From: an uncultured candidatus Porisulfidus sp.
Lineage (GTDB): Bacteria; Pseudomonadota; Gammaproteobacteria; Poriferisulfidales; Poriferisulfidaceae
Assembly (NCBI GenBank): GCA_965204575.1
Contig: OZ241993.1
Span: forward strand, 672,001-736,000
Length of the DNA stretch: 64,000 bases
Direction: 5' to 3'
This document shows positions 52,027 to 63,616 of the stretch, piece after piece (position 1 is the first letter of the stretch; every line of letters starts with the position of its first letter). The notes under the pieces are model-generated. The model worked only from the letters and a program-made list of their open reading frames with translations. It did not search any database and was not told where the DNA came from. The position numbers and the translations under genes were made by a program.

Positions 52027-52060
52027 GAACGGGTTTTGGGCCGAACGCCCAGAACCGTTC
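52027..52060. terminator. Hairpin between convergent genes
   Basis: GAACGGGTTTTGGGC-cgaac-GCCCAGAACCGTTC inverted repeat. Confidence 0.5.
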
Positions 52061-54439
52061 AGTACTGGTAGGAAACCCGGAAACCCCAGCGGCGCCCCTC
52101 GTTGGTCAGGGGCGCAAACACCATGCCAGTGCCCTTGTAGCCGTCCGGAGCGGCCGGGCCGCCGGGGAAATTGGCCGGAAACCTGGATTCGCCGCCCTCC
52201 CGGACCTCGTCCAGGAGATTTTTGCCGAACAGGGAAAGTCGCAGCCGTTCATCGAAACTGGCATAGGTCAGGCTTGCCTCCAGCACGTCGACTTCGCTCA
52301 GCCTTCCAAGATTGGCGTCGTCCGAGGCCGCATCATCGTTATGGCTGAAATCGACCCGGGTCAGCACCATGCCGTTCCACGACTCCATCGGAAGGCTATG
52401 GGTCAGCCCCAGACTGTAGGTCAGCGGCGCCAGGCGCGGCAGGTCCAGGTCTTTGTCCTGCCCATCGATCTTTCCGTCCCTATTGAGGTCCTCGCGCACG
52501 GTGTCGTACTCCCCGTCCGTATAGCCGAGATTGGCGGTCAGTGCCAGGCCTTCGGCAAGCCGAGCCCAGACTTCCAGCTCGATGCCCTTCAGCGTCGCAT
52601 CGGCAGGGTTCAGGATATTCTGCACCGAGCCCGCGGTAGGGTGCGTTCGCGCCACTTCACGCTGCATGTTGTCCACCTTGTTGTAGAACAGCGCCAGATT
52701 GGTGCGCAGGCGTCCGTCGTGCCAATCGACCTTGGCGCCGACTTCATAGGAATTCTGTCGCTCCTCGCTGAACGGCTCCGGATCGATATCGGGGTCCGTA
52801 TGCCGGAAGTTGTAGCCGCCGCTGCGAAAGCCCTTGGTCCAGAACGCGTAAAGGTTCACGGCATCGCTCGCATGGTACTGCACGCCGACTTTTGGTGTCC
52901 AGTTGTTCCAACTGTGTTCGTCCGAGTAATTGAAGTTGCAGGCCCTGGCGTCGAAATCGCATCGCGAGTCTCCTATCGGAATGGGGGCCAGGCCCGGCGC
53001 CACTTCGATCATAAAGGCCCCGGGATCGAACGTCGCGATGTCCGCCTTCTTCTTCTCGTAGGTGTAGCGCACGCCCAGGTTGAAGGTCACGCTCGGCGTC
53101 GCGTGCACATCCGCATGGATGAAGGCCCCCCGCGTCGTCTGATCCTGAGAGCCGCCCAGCGCGGAATCGATCCAACTGTTGTGCCAGGCACTGGTGTAAG
53201 TCCCCGAGTTTTCCACGCATAACGCGGGCAGTCCCGGGATATTGTTCAGGCTCGCCCGCACCGGGGCAACGTTGCAGAGCGGGAGAGCGGGATTGTAGAC
53301 GGCGTGACGCTCCCGGAATAGCACCCGGCGCTCCCAATAGCCGATGTCCTGGTCGAACCAGTACAAGCCTGCGGTCAAATCCACCCGGTCGTCGAGAAAC
53401 GACCCGAAATACCTGAATTCGTTGCTGAACTGCTCCTGATCGAAATAGGCGTCGCCGAGGAAGACGTCCAGTTCAGAGGAGTCCAGGTCCGTCCGCGCAT
53501 CAAGATCGATGCGGCGCCAGCCGAAAATATTGGTGATCGTGCCGTTGCCCAGAGGCACGCCCATGCTGAATTCGGTGAACGCTGGGACCAGTCCGAATCC
53601 GAGTAGCCCTTGTCGTTCACGGCGAAGTCCCATGAGGTCCGGTCGTAGAGGCCGCGGTTCTGGCTGCGGGCGCCATCGCCGCGCGCCTGTCCGCGTTCGA
53701 ACCGCACCGTCAGTTCCGCGTCCTCGCCCAGGTAGTACGTCAGGGACGGCCGCGCCAGCGAGATGCGGTAGGCACCGAAATCGTCGCTGGGATCGGCCAG
53801 GTTCGTGTGCCAGCCCTCGTCGTCCTTGTGGTAGAGGGCCAGCCGTCCCAGAAGTTTGCCCGGCAGGATCGGTCCGGACACCGTGAGCCCTCCGCCCTCT
53901 TCGGTGCCTTGCTGGAAATCCCCCCGGAGCGTCATTTCGAACTCGTCGCTCGGTTTGCGGGTGCGCAGCAGGACGGCGCCGCCCGTCACATTGCGGCCGA
54001 ACAACAGGCCTTGCGGGCCGCGCAGGATCTCGACGCCTTCCAGGTCGAAGAAATCGTTGATGACGCCTGCCGAAATGCCCATGTAAATCCCGTCGACGAA
54101 CACGCCCACCGTCGGGTCGATGGACGGAATGGAACTGTTGATGCCCAAGCCGCGGATGGTGAAGTTGGCCACGCCTCGCGTGGTCCCGACATCCGCCAGC
54201 CCGACGTTCGGGGCCCGGTAACTCAGGCTGGCCAGGTCGCTCGAAAGGCGCGCCTCCAGTTCCTCGGAAGAAAACGCCGATACCGCAAACGGCACTTCCT
54301 GCAATGCTTCCCCCGCATCCCGCTTGCGCGCCGTGATCGTGAACTCTTCGGTTTCGGCGACGACGGCCGGAGGCATCCCCAGCGCGATCACGCAGAGAAG
54401 CATCGCCGGTGCCCGAAGCCCGGAAAATGCGCGATTCAT
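52059..54439 (-). pseudogene. TonB-dependent receptor split by a frameshift near 53582
   Basis: ORF 54439-53375 carries the plug (TITARKR, IRGLG, EILRGPQG); ORF 53633-52059 carries the barrel (GFRSGGYN, terminal YQY); the frames join as SDWSQ/AFTEF with one base missing. Confidence 0.8.
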
Positions 54440-54640
54440 TGTGACGGACGCCCGCCTGTCGGCTGTGCGGTCACCACCAGATGCAATCTCCTCCCGGCAG
54501 AATTTCCGACATTATATGCAAGGCATGCCGGGTTTTCGTCGGTGCCGAAGAGGTTTGAGGGCGGGATTTGTGACCCCTGTATATAATTCCCCAATCGCCA
54601 CACCAGCAGAATCGAGATTTCTCCCGCGTAATATCCCGCC

Positions 54641-56971
54641 ATGCCGAACAATCTGGTTGTCGTGGAGTCTCCGGCGAAAGCCCGGACGATCGAGAAGTAT
54701 CTGGGTCCAGGCTTCCAGGTGCTGGCGTCGTACGGCCATGTGCAGGACCTGATTCCGAAGGACGGGGCCGTCGATACGGAAGGCGATTATTCCCTCAAGT
54801 ACCAGGTGACGCCCGGACACGAGAAGCACCTGCGCAAGATCGCAAGCGCGCTTGAGGATTGCGAGGCGCTGTACCTGGCTTCCGACCCGGACCGCGAGGG
54901 CGAGGCGATCTCCTGGTCGCTGTACAGCCTGCTCAACAAGCGCAAGAAACTGGGCGAGAAGAAAACCTACCGGGTGGTGTTCCACGAGGTGACCCCCGAG
55001 GCGGTGCGCCAGGCCCTGGAGCACCCGCGTGACCTGTCGGACGACCTGGTCAACGCCTACCAGGCGCGGCGGGCCATCGACTACCTGGTCGGGTTCAACC
55101 TGTCGCCGCTGCTGTGGCGGAAGATCGCCCCCAAGCTTTCGGCAGGCCGCGTCCAGAGCCCGGCCCTGCGCCTGATCGTCGAACGCGAGGGTGAGATCGA
55201 GGCGTTCCAGCCCCGCGAGTTCTGGAGCGTGGACGCGATCCTCGACAAGGACGGGCACGGGTTCCCGGCCAAGCTGCACATGCTGGACGGGAAACGCCTG
55301 AAGAAATTCGATCTGGAGAACGAAGAGCAGGCGAGTGCAGCCCGCGACCAGGTCCAGGCGCATGCCGGGGAACTGGCCGTCGCCTCGGTGGAGCGCAAGG
55401 AGCGCAAGCGCAACCCGGCGCCGCCGTTCACCACCTCGACCCTGCAGCAGGAAGCGTCGCGCAAGCTGCGTTTCTCCGCGCGCAAGACGATGCAGGTCGC
55501 CCAGCAGTTGTACGAAGGCGTCGACCTGGGCTCCGGCCCGGCCGGCCTGATCACCTATATGCGAACGGATTCGGTCACGCTGTCGAACGCCGCGCTGAAC
55601 AACCTTCGGCAAACCATCGGCGAGCGTTATGGCGAGGACCAGATGCCGCCGTCCCCCCGGCGGTACAAGACCCGCACCCGAAATGCGCAAGAGGCGCATG
55701 AGGCGGTCCGACCGACCGATGCCGCGCGAACGCCGGAACACACCCGCGGCAAGTTGAGCAGTGACCAGCAGAAGCTTTACGAGTTGGTCTGGAAGCGCGC
55801 CGTGGCCTGCCAGATGATCCCGGCCGTGATCGATCAGGTCAGCGTGGATATCGACTGCGGTCCAGGCACCCAGTTGCGGGCGACGGGCTCCCATGTCCGG
55901 ATTCCGGGGTTCATGCAGGTGTACCGTGAAGGTTCGGACGAAGCAAACGGCAACGGAAGCCAAAAAAACAGTGACGAACGCTACCTCCCTGAATTGCGCG
56001 AGGGCGAACGCGCGGCGCTCCAGGAGGTCAAGGCGAACCAGCATTTCACGGAGCCGCCGCCGCGCTACACCGAGGCGAGCCTGGTCAAGACCCTGGAGGA
56101 ATACGGCATCGGCCGCCCCTCCACCTATGCGGACACCCTGTCGACCCTGACCAATCGCAAGTACGCGGAGATCGACAAGCGGACATTCTTCCCGACCGCG
56201 CTTGGCAAGGTGGTGTGCAATTTCCTGACTGAGCACTTTTCGCGGTACGTCGACTACGAATTCACGGCGGAGCTGGAGGACTCTCTGGACCAAGTGGCGC
56301 GGGGAGAAACCGAGTGGATCCCGGTCGTGGACAGTTTCTGGAAGCCGTTCCACCAGCAGGTGGACGAGAAGAGCAAGACCGTGTCCCGCCAGAAGGCGCA
56401 GATGATGCGCGAACTCGGTACGGATCCGGAAAGCGGCAAGCCGGTCCGTGTCCGGGTCGGGCGCTACGGGGCGTTCGTCCAGGTCGGGGACCGCGAGGAC
56501 GAGGAGAAGCCCCGGTTCGCGAGCCTTCGCGAAAACCAGAGTTTCGAGACCATCACGTTCGAGGAGGCGATGGACCTGCTGGTGCTGCCGAGATCGCTGG
56601 GGGCGGGAGACGACGGGGAGTTGATCGAGGTCAACATCGGCCGCTTCGGGCCCTACGTGAAATACGGCCCGAAAAAATACGTGTCCCTGCCGGAAGGAGA
56701 GGATCCGATGACGGTGACGCGCGAGCAGGCGGACGAATGGATCGCGGAACATCGGCACCGCGAGGCGAACCGCACGATTCAGGACTTCGGGGTGGACGAT
56801 ATCCAGGTGCTCAATGGCCGGTACGGCCCGTACGTCACGAATGGCAAGCGCAACGCGAAGATTCCGAAGGGGGAGGATCCCGCGGAACTGACGCTGGAAC
56901 AATGCCAGGAACTCCTGGCCGCCGCACCGCCGCGCAAGCGCCGCGCTTCACGCGCAAAACGCAAAAGCTGA
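54641..56971 (+). CDS. topA: DNA topoisomerase I
   Basis: LVVVESPAKA, SYGHV, DPDREGEAI, SAGRVQS, LITYMRTDS, AHEAVRPT, C-terminal GRYGPY repeats. Confidence 0.98.
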   Translation: MPNNLVVVESPAKARTIEKYLGPGFQVLASYGHVQDLIPKDGAVDTEGDYSLKYQVTPGHEKHLRKIASALEDCEALYLASDPDREGEAISWSLYSLLNKRKKLGEKKTYRVVFHEVTPEAVRQALEHPRDLSDDLVNAYQARRAIDYLVGFNLSPLLWRKIAPKLSAGRVQSPALRLIVEREGEIEAFQPREFWSVDAILDKDGHGFPAKLHMLDGKRLKKFDLENEEQASAARDQVQAHAGELAVASVERKERKRNPAPPFTTSTLQQEASRKLRFSARKTMQVAQQLYEGVDLGSGPAGLITYMRTDSVTLSNAALNNLRQTIGERYGEDQMPPSPRRYKTRTRNAQEAHEAVRPTDAARTPEHTRGKLSSDQQKLYELVWKRAVACQMIPAVIDQVSVDIDCGPGTQLRATGSHVRIPGFMQVYREGSDEANGNGSQKNSDERYLPELREGERAALQEVKANQHFTEPPPRYTEASLVKTLEEYGIGRPSTYADTLSTLTNRKYAEIDKRTFFPTALGKVVCNFLTEHFSRYVDYEFTAELEDSLDQVARGETEWIPVVDSFWKPFHQQVDEKSKTVSRQKAQMMRELGTDPESGKPVRVRVGRYGAFVQVGDREDEEKPRFASLRENQSFETITFEEAMDLLVLPRSLGAGDDGELIEVNIGRFGPYVKYGPKKYVSLPEGEDPMTVTREQADEWIAEHRHREANRTIQDFGVDDIQVLNGRYGPYVTNGKRNAKIPKGEDPAELTLEQCQELLAAAPPRKRRASRAKRKS

Positions 56972-57028
56972 GGGGACGTCTCCGGCAGGGGCGGCAGTAC
57001 GCTGGACACCCGAGAGGGCATCCGGGCA

Positions 57029-57553
57029 TTGCTGGACGGCAAGGTCCTCGCCTATCCGACCGAAGGAGTGTGGGGCTTGGGCTGCCTGCCGGATCACCCG
57101 GACGCGGTGCGCCGGCTGCTGGACGTAAAACAGAGAGACCCGGACAAAGGGCTGATCCTGATCGCGGCCCGCTGCGAGGACCTGGAGCCGTATATCCACC
57201 CCCTGGATGGGGAACAGCAGGCTAAACTGGAATCCCCGGGAGAACCGGTAACCTGGTTGGTCCCGGCCGCCGAAGGCGCGTCCGCCTTGCTGCGGGGCAC
57301 GCATGCGACCCAGGCGGTTCGCATCACCCGCCACGGCCTGTGCCGTGTGCTGTGCCTTGAGGTTGGGGCCCTGGTTTCGACCAGCGCGAACCCGGAGGGC
57401 GCACCCCCGGCAAGAACGTCCGAGGAGGTTCACGAGATGTTCGGTTCGACGATAGACGGAATCGTGGAAGGTTTGCTCGGCGGGGCTTCGGGCTCCAGCG
57501 AGATTCGGGACTTGTTGACGGGACGGGTGATCCGCTCGGCGCAGGCGGCATGA
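57029..57553 (+). CDS. tsaC: Threonylcarbamoyl-AMP synthase (Sua5/YrdC)
   Basis: [24 protein letters not shown]; the true start may be upstream (CTG 57002). Confidence 0.9.
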   Translation: MLDGKVLAYPTEGVWGLGCLPDHPDAVRRLLDVKQRDPDKGLILIAARCEDLEPYIHPLDGEQQAKLESPGEPVTWLVPAAEGASALLRGTHATQAVRITRHGLCRVLCLEVGALVSTSANPEGAPPARTSEEVHEMFGSTIDGIVEGLLGGASGSSEIRDLLTGRVIRSAQAA

Positions 57554-58461
57554 GCGACGCTCCCGACTCCGGTTCCGTTCGCGCCTTCCTGGAGAAGTTC
57601 CAGCAGGACGCCACCGGGGCGTTCGAACGATTGGAGCCGACGGCGAGGTTCCGCCGGGACCCTTGGGATCATCCCGAGGGAAGCCGGGGCGATACACGGG
57701 TGCTGGAAGGAGGGGAGACTTTCGAGAAAGCGGGCGTGAATTTCTCCGACGTCGCAGGCACGGCGCTGCCCGAGGCAGCCACCGAGCGGCACCCGGAATT
57801 GGCGGGGCAGTCGTTCACCGCGACGGGCGTGTCGATCGTGGTCCACCCGCGGAACCCCTACGTGCCCACGGCGCACTGCAACGTCCGGTTCTTCAGCGCC
57901 CGCGCGCCCGACGGCACGGATCGGTGGTGGTTCGGAGGCGGGTTCGACCTGACGCCGTACTACGGGTTCGAGGAAGATGCCCGGCACTGGCATGCCATGG
58001 CCCGCGATGCTTGCGCGCCTTTCGGGGACGAGGTCTACCCGAAGTTCAAGCAGTGGTGCGACCGCTACTTCTACCTGCCGCACCGAGACGAGACGCGCGG
58101 CATCGGCGGCCTGTTCTTCGACGATCTCAACGAATGGGGCTTTGAGAAGACTTTTGCGTTCATGCGTGCCGTGGCGGAGCACTTTCTCAAGGGATACCTG
58201 CCGATAGTGGAACGTCGCCGCGAGACGCCTTGGGGCGAACGTGAAAGAGCCTTCCAGAAATACCGTCGCGGCCGTTACGCCGAGTTCAACCTGCTGTACG
58301 ATCGCGGCACGCTGTTCGGGCTGCAGAACAGCCGGCGTGCCGAATCGATCCTGATGTCGCTCCCTCCGGACTGCGGTTGGATTTACGACTACCAACCCGA
58401 GCCCGGCTCGCCGGAGGCGGAACTGACCGGACGCTTTCTGGGTGCCCGCGACTGGGCCTGA
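57550..58461 (+). CDS. hemF: Oxygen-dependent coproporphyrinogen III oxidase
   Basis: [49 protein letters not shown]. Confidence 0.97.
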   Translation: MSDAPDSGSVRAFLEKFQQDATGAFERLEPTARFRRDPWDHPEGSRGDTRVLEGGETFEKAGVNFSDVAGTALPEAATERHPELAGQSFTATGVSIVVHPRNPYVPTAHCNVRFFSARAPDGTDRWWFGGGFDLTPYYGFEEDARHWHAMARDACAPFGDEVYPKFKQWCDRYFYLPHRDETRGIGGLFFDDLNEWGFEKTFAFMRAVAEHFLKGYLPIVERRRETPWGERERAFQKYRRGRYAEFNLLYDRGTLFGLQNSRRAESILMSLPPDCGWIYDYQPEPGSPEAELTGRFLGARDWA

Positions 58462-58890
58462 CTACTCGACGGTGATCGTAATCGTCCCGGACACGACCGG
58501 CGGGTCGTGCGGGATGTGCGCGTAATCGCCGAGCACCAGTTGCAGCGTATAGCGGCCCGGCTCCAGCGTCAGCATGGTTTCCGTCTGTCCGCCGCCGAAA
58601 TGGCGGACCTGATCCGTTGTGGGAAGCGGCATGCCGAGGTCGACTTCCGGAGAGTTGATCAGCAGGTGATGATGGCCGGTATTCGGCTGGTTCACGCCAG
58701 CCGGGGCGACGCCCATGTCATGCAGGCCGAACGACACCTTGAAGGGAGACTGGACGGTTGCGCCGTCGGCAGGTTCGATGAGGTACACGCCGGCGCCTTC
58801 AGGCGCCGGTTGCCGAGGCATCTCGGCCAGGAGGGGAGACAGGGCCAGGCCCACGACAAGGGCAAGAATGCCGGAATGTGCGTATCTCAT
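58462..58890 (-). CDS. DUF4399 family exported protein
   Basis: Signal peptide; FGL..MGVAPAG..NTGHHHLLI...HFGGGQTE...LQLVLGD..H. Confidence 0.85.
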   Translation of the reverse strand: MRYAHSGILALVVGLALSPLLAEMPRQPAPEGAGVYLIEPADGATVQSPFKVSFGLHDMGVAPAGVNQPNTGHHHLLINSPEVDLGMPLPTTDQVRHFGGGQTETMLTLEPGRYTLQLVLGDYAHIPHDPPVVSGTITITVE

Positions 58891-59402
58891 GTCGGGTACT
58901 CCAGGTGACGTTTCCGGATGGCGTCGATCATGTCGACCAGCGATAGCAGAAACAATACCACAAAAAGGCCCAGGGTCAGGGCCGGGATGGACAACCCCAG
59001 GAACGTCCACTGGATGGTGCCGCAATCGCCGCTGCCCTGCAGTGCAGACGCCACCGCCCCTTCGAGGCCGACCTGGTCGAGCAGGTGCCAGAACCCTGCA
59101 CCGCAGTCACCCAGAGTGTCCGGCGGGTGGTTCTGGAGATAGACGTGTCGTCCAGCGATTCCGGTCCCGCCCAGGCTCATGACCAGGGCGCCGATGTCGT
59201 AGCCGATCCGATCCCTCGCCCCAGGGCGCTGAAAGTAGGCCAGCGCAAAAATGACGGCCAGCGCGGTGAAGACGAATCGGTCCAGAATACACAGCGGACA
59301 GGGCTCAAGACCCAGGGTGCGCTCCAGGTACAGGTAGCCGAAAGCGAGCGCGGCCACGCAGATGACGAGGCCGACGAGATGGAGGTTTGGAATGCGGTGC
59401 AT
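58887..59402 (-). CDS. dsbB: Disulfide bond formation protein B
   Basis: LEPCPLCI, second Cys pair (DCG...GDCG), W.FLGLSIP; four TM helices. Confidence 0.92.
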   Translation of the reverse strand: MHRIPNLHLVGLVICVAALAFGYLYLERTLGLEPCPLCILDRFVFTALAVIFALAYFQRPGARDRIGYDIGALVMSLGGTGIAGRHVYLQNHPPDTLGDCGAGFWHLLDQVGLEGAVASALQGSGDCGTIQWTFLGLSIPALTLGLFVVLFLLSLVDMIDAIRKRHLEYPT

Positions 59403-59411
59403 CGGTTTTTA

Positions 59412-59765
59412 TTATTGCTTCCCAGTGGCCCACGAAGTCCTAGAAACCCAAATCTTAATTACTGCCGGGAAAAGAAATCCAGTAACAAGCGTCAAATATA
59501 TCGCCAAAGACACATAAGCGATTTGTCCATTTTCAAGCCAAGCAGCTATCCAAAAGAAGGGGGCGACCGGTAGAGTAGCCCAATACAGAGCCATTTCCAA
59601 CATCCACAGATGGAACGCCCAAATAGGGAAGCTCCAGTTCCATGGCCAAGAGGTGTGAATAGTGGCAATCTCCTGTATGCATAGAGGCGCAAGGTACACG
59701 AAAGACATCTGTGCCGCAAAAAGCGCCCATGCTGCCCATATCAGGAACACCAGTATCTTTTTCAA
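59412..59765 (-). CDS. Hypothetical Trp-rich membrane protein
   Basis: 117-aa hydrophobic ORF, AT-richer than neighbours. Confidence 0.45.
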   Translation of the reverse strand: MKKILVFLIWAAWALFAAQMSFVYLAPLCIQEIATIHTSWPWNWSFPIWAFHLWMLEMALYWATLPVAPFFWIAAWLENGQIAYVSLAIYLTLVTGFLFPAVIKIWVSRTSWATGKQ

Positions 59766-59834
59766 GATTGTTTTACTTTGGACAGGCGGCCCGATACTCG
59801 TCCTTGTCCAAGTCTTTACACCATTTGCAGAACA

Positions 59835-60248
59835 TTAACCTATTTTGTCATAGTGGACGAGAGATTGAAGGCCGCTTCTAGGTACAACCAAGGCATCAAA
59901 CATCATCTCTGCGAGATTGCGGCACGAAGACTTCCTCAAGTCGGACAATTCGCAGAAGGATAGTTCCTTTTTCGGCTGTGGTTTCGGTTTTGCCTGCGGA
60001 TATTTCAGTTCGAACAGCCTTTGGGCTTCGCTTTCTTCCTCTTGTTGTCTGAGCCATTCATCGAACTCTTGGTCTCTTTTAGAAATACGTTCTTGTGATT
60101 CTTGATACAGCCTGATTTTTTCATCCAATAGTTTCTGGATTCTTTCCGCTCTTTCCCCTTTTTCATCCTCGGTCGTGTCATCCGCGAAAGCCGGTAACAC
60201 CAAGAATGCACCCGCGAGAACCATGAGCGCTAGCACGATTGGCTTCAT
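59835..60248 (-). CDS. Hypothetical exported coiled-coil protein
   Basis: Signal peptide ending AFA, Glu/Lys-rich helix. Confidence 0.55.
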   Translation of the reverse strand: MKPIVLALMVLAGAFLVLPAFADDTTEDEKGERAERIQKLLDEKIRLYQESQERISKRDQEFDEWLRQQEEESEAQRLFELKYPQAKPKPQPKKELSFCELSDLRKSSCRNLAEMMFDALVVPRSGLQSLVHYDKIG

Positions 60249-60369
60249 CAAAGCGTGGCAGACCTCTTGGCCGCGGAGCAGGCCGTGTACGGCCTGCGCT
60301 TCCGAATAATTGAAAGTCGAAGTTTTATCATGGTCGGAGTAGGGCTTGTTTTGGCCCTGCGGCTTGTGG

Positions 60370-60582
60370 TCAAGCGAACATCAGGCGTTCGCCCTTGGGT
60401 TCGGGGACAGGTCGCCCCAACTCTTGGGCCCGGTCGATCCAGAACTGCATCGCATCGTTGATGTTTTGCAAGGCGGTTTCCTGATCGTCGCCATGTGCCA
60501 TACACCCAGACAACTCGGGGACCTCAGCAACAAATACCTGATCTTCGTTGCTCCAGTAGAGAATGATTTCATATTTGTGCAT
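60370..60582 (-). CDS. hicB: HicB family antitoxin (short form)
   Basis: KYEIILYWSNEDQVFVAEVPELSGCMAHG...WIDRAQELGRPVPEPKG. Confidence 0.92.
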   Translation of the reverse strand: MHKYEIILYWSNEDQVFVAEVPELSGCMAHGDDQETALQNINDAMQFWIDRAQELGRPVPEPKGERLMFA

Positions 60583-60836
60583 CAGATTTCCTCCTCCAAT
60601 CGGTATTTTAGAATTAACTGCCGGACCTGTTTTACTTGATAAGGTTTCACTTGCCCGCCCCGGCTCTGCAAATTGATGAGTTCCACAACGCCTTCCTTGT
60701 CGAAGAGATGGTGACTGCCCCGTACCCGCTCCGAGAAACCTAGGTGGCGTAGCAAGGCACATAGGTCGGCGAAACGGATGTTCGCGTCTGATCGTCCATG
60801 GAGAATAGTCTGAAACAGTCGCTCATGCCGACCCAT
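60582..60836 (-). CDS. hicA: HicA family toxin
   Basis: NIRFADLCALL..LGF.ER.RGSHH.F...INLQ...KPYQVKQVR. Confidence 0.92.
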   Translation of the reverse strand: MGRHERLFQTILHGRSDANIRFADLCALLRHLGFSERVRGSHHLFDKEGVVELINLQSRGGQVKPYQVKQVRQLILKYRLEEEI

Positions 60837-60885
60837 GGCTCGTCTTCCTCAATCCGCTGGAATCAAAAGCCTGCATAAAAATAAG

Positions 60886-60908
60886 TTGTGTATCAAATAG
60901 ATACATAA
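60886..60908. promoter_or_regulatory. Palindrome upstream of hicAB (putative operator)
   Basis: TTGTGTATC-AAATA-GATACATAA, 8/9 inverted repeat. Confidence 0.5.
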
Positions 60909-61049
60909 TCATCGCCGGTGCCGAATAAATACTCATTTTACAGCCGCAAAAGAATAAATTCCAGCCTCGGAGGGAAGAGAAAAATTTGACTTTGCGTGGA
61001 CATTGGGTTGATACAGTTTCCGAAAACAGGCGCAATCCCCTAAACTTAA

Positions 61050-62057
<1,008 letters not shown>

Positions 62058-62081
62058 AAGCCTTTAGGGAGTTTCCGGTTC

Positions 62082-62912
62082 GTGGAGCGTTATGCCGTTA
62101 TCGGGTATCCGGTCACGCACAGCCTGTCACCGGCTATTCATGCCGGGTTCGCGGCCCAGACCGGAAAAGAAATCCACTACGAGCAACTGAATGTCCCGGC
62201 GACCGACTTCGAGACCGCGGTGCGGGATTTCCGGCAGGCGGGCGGCTGCGGGCTTAACGTGACCGTGCCGCACAAAGAGGCCGCGCTGAATCTGGCAAAG
62301 GAGGTCATGCCGCAGGCCCGCATGGCGGGTGCGGCCAACTGGTTGGCATTCAGGGAGGGCGTCGTCGTCGCCGGCAACACGGACGGCAGTGGCCTGGTTT
62401 GCGACTTGACCGAGACGCTGGGCCTCGACCTGTCCGGCATGCGGATTTTGTTGCTGGGTGCCGGTGGCGCGGCACGGGGCATCTTGGGCCCCCTGCTGGG
62501 ATGCGCCCCGAAGCACCTGACCGTGGCCAACCGCACTCCCGAACGCGCGAACGCGCTGGTTCAAGCGCATGGTTCGCCTGGAAATCTCGAAGCATGCGGG
62601 CTGGGGGACCTGGGCGAGGCTTCCTTCGATTTGATTCTCAACGCGACGGCGGCGGAGTTGTCGGCCTCGCCAATGAATTTGCCGCCCTCGATCCTGGATG
62701 CGGAATCAACGGTCTGCTATGACCTGATGTACGGTGCCGAGACCGCGTTCATGGCTTGGGCGTGGCAGGCCGGTTGCGCCTGCGTTTGCGATGGGCTCGG
62801 GATGCTGGTAGAGCAGGCCGCGGAGAGTTTCGAGTTGTGGCACGGCATCCGCCCCGACACCGCGCCGGTACGCGCCCGCCTGCGTTCGGCGGTCAGGCCC
62901 CGTACTCCCTGA
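62082..62912 (+). CDS. aroE: Shikimate dehydrogenase
   Basis: GYPVTHSLSPAIH, NVTVPHK, NTDG, GAGGAARG, NRT, DGLGMLVEQAA. Confidence 0.96.
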   Translation: MERYAVIGYPVTHSLSPAIHAGFAAQTGKEIHYEQLNVPATDFETAVRDFRQAGGCGLNVTVPHKEAALNLAKEVMPQARMAGAANWLAFREGVVVAGNTDGSGLVCDLTETLGLDLSGMRILLLGAGGAARGILGPLLGCAPKHLTVANRTPERANALVQAHGSPGNLEACGLGDLGEASFDLILNATAAELSASPMNLPPSILDAESTVCYDLMYGAETAFMAWAWQAGCACVCDGLGMLVEQAAESFELWHGIRPDTAPVRARLRSAVRPRTP

Positions 62913-63558
62913 GATAACCTTCGATCTGCTCTTGATACTGCCGATACTGCGGGATGTCTTTCAGGAACTGGTAGAAATCGCTGGCGCACGCGACTGAAAT
63001 GACCGGAATCCCGCAATGTTCTTCAAGCTCCTGCACCGCAGAGCGCTGGCCCTGCCCGCGTTCGCCGCGATCCATCAGGATGAGCAGCCCGACCGGTGTG
63101 GCGCCGAGCGACCGGATCAGGTCCACCGAGCCCCGGACCGTGATCCCGGACGAGATCACGTCATCCACGAGCAGTACCCGGCCCTCGACCGGGGCTCCGA
63201 AGGTCTGTCCCTGATCGCCATGGTCCTTGGCTTCCTTGCGGTCAAAGCCTACCGGCACGGTCCGGCCGTACAGCCGCTGGAACGCGCAGGCGGCGGAGGT
63301 GGCCAGGGGGATGCCTTTGTAGGCCGGGCCGAACAGCATGTCGAACTGGATGCCCGCATCGGTGGCGGCTTGGGCATAGAACGTCCCGACCTGTTCCAGC
63401 GCCGCACCGTCGTTGAAGGACCCGGCATTGAAGAAATACGGGCTTTTGCGGCCGGACTTCAGCGTGAAATCGCCGAATTTCAGGCATTCGTACTCCAGTG
63501 CGAGCCGCAGAAACGCGGCCCGGTAGTCTATTGGCGGGGTCGTGGCGGGTGGCGGCAT
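62893..63558 (-). CDS. pyrE: Orotate phosphoribosyltransferase
   Basis: LKFGDFTLKSGRKSPYFFNAG, LFGPAYKGIP, RKEAKDHG, LVDDVISSG. Confidence 0.96.
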   Translation of the reverse strand: MPPPATTPPIDYRAAFLRLALEYECLKFGDFTLKSGRKSPYFFNAGSFNDGAALEQVGTFYAQAATDAGIQFDMLFGPAYKGIPLATSAACAFQRLYGRTVPVGFDRKEAKDHGDQGQTFGAPVEGRVLLVDDVISSGITVRGSVDLIRSLGATPVGLLILMDRGERGQGQRSAVQELEEHCGIPVISVACASDFYQFLKDIPQYRQYQEQIEGYLREYGA

Positions 63559-63616
63559 GCCGGTATACGGGGGTTCCAGCCTGATTTTATCCGATGCAGT
63601 CGGCGAGAGGGGCGCG

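Noticed and set aside
51918-53222. 434-aa plus-strand ORF
   Set aside because: Antisense to the TonB receptor barrel half.
54512-56902. 796-aa minus-strand ORF
   Set aside because: Antisense shadow of topA, expected from GC-rich codon bias; no recognisable motifs.
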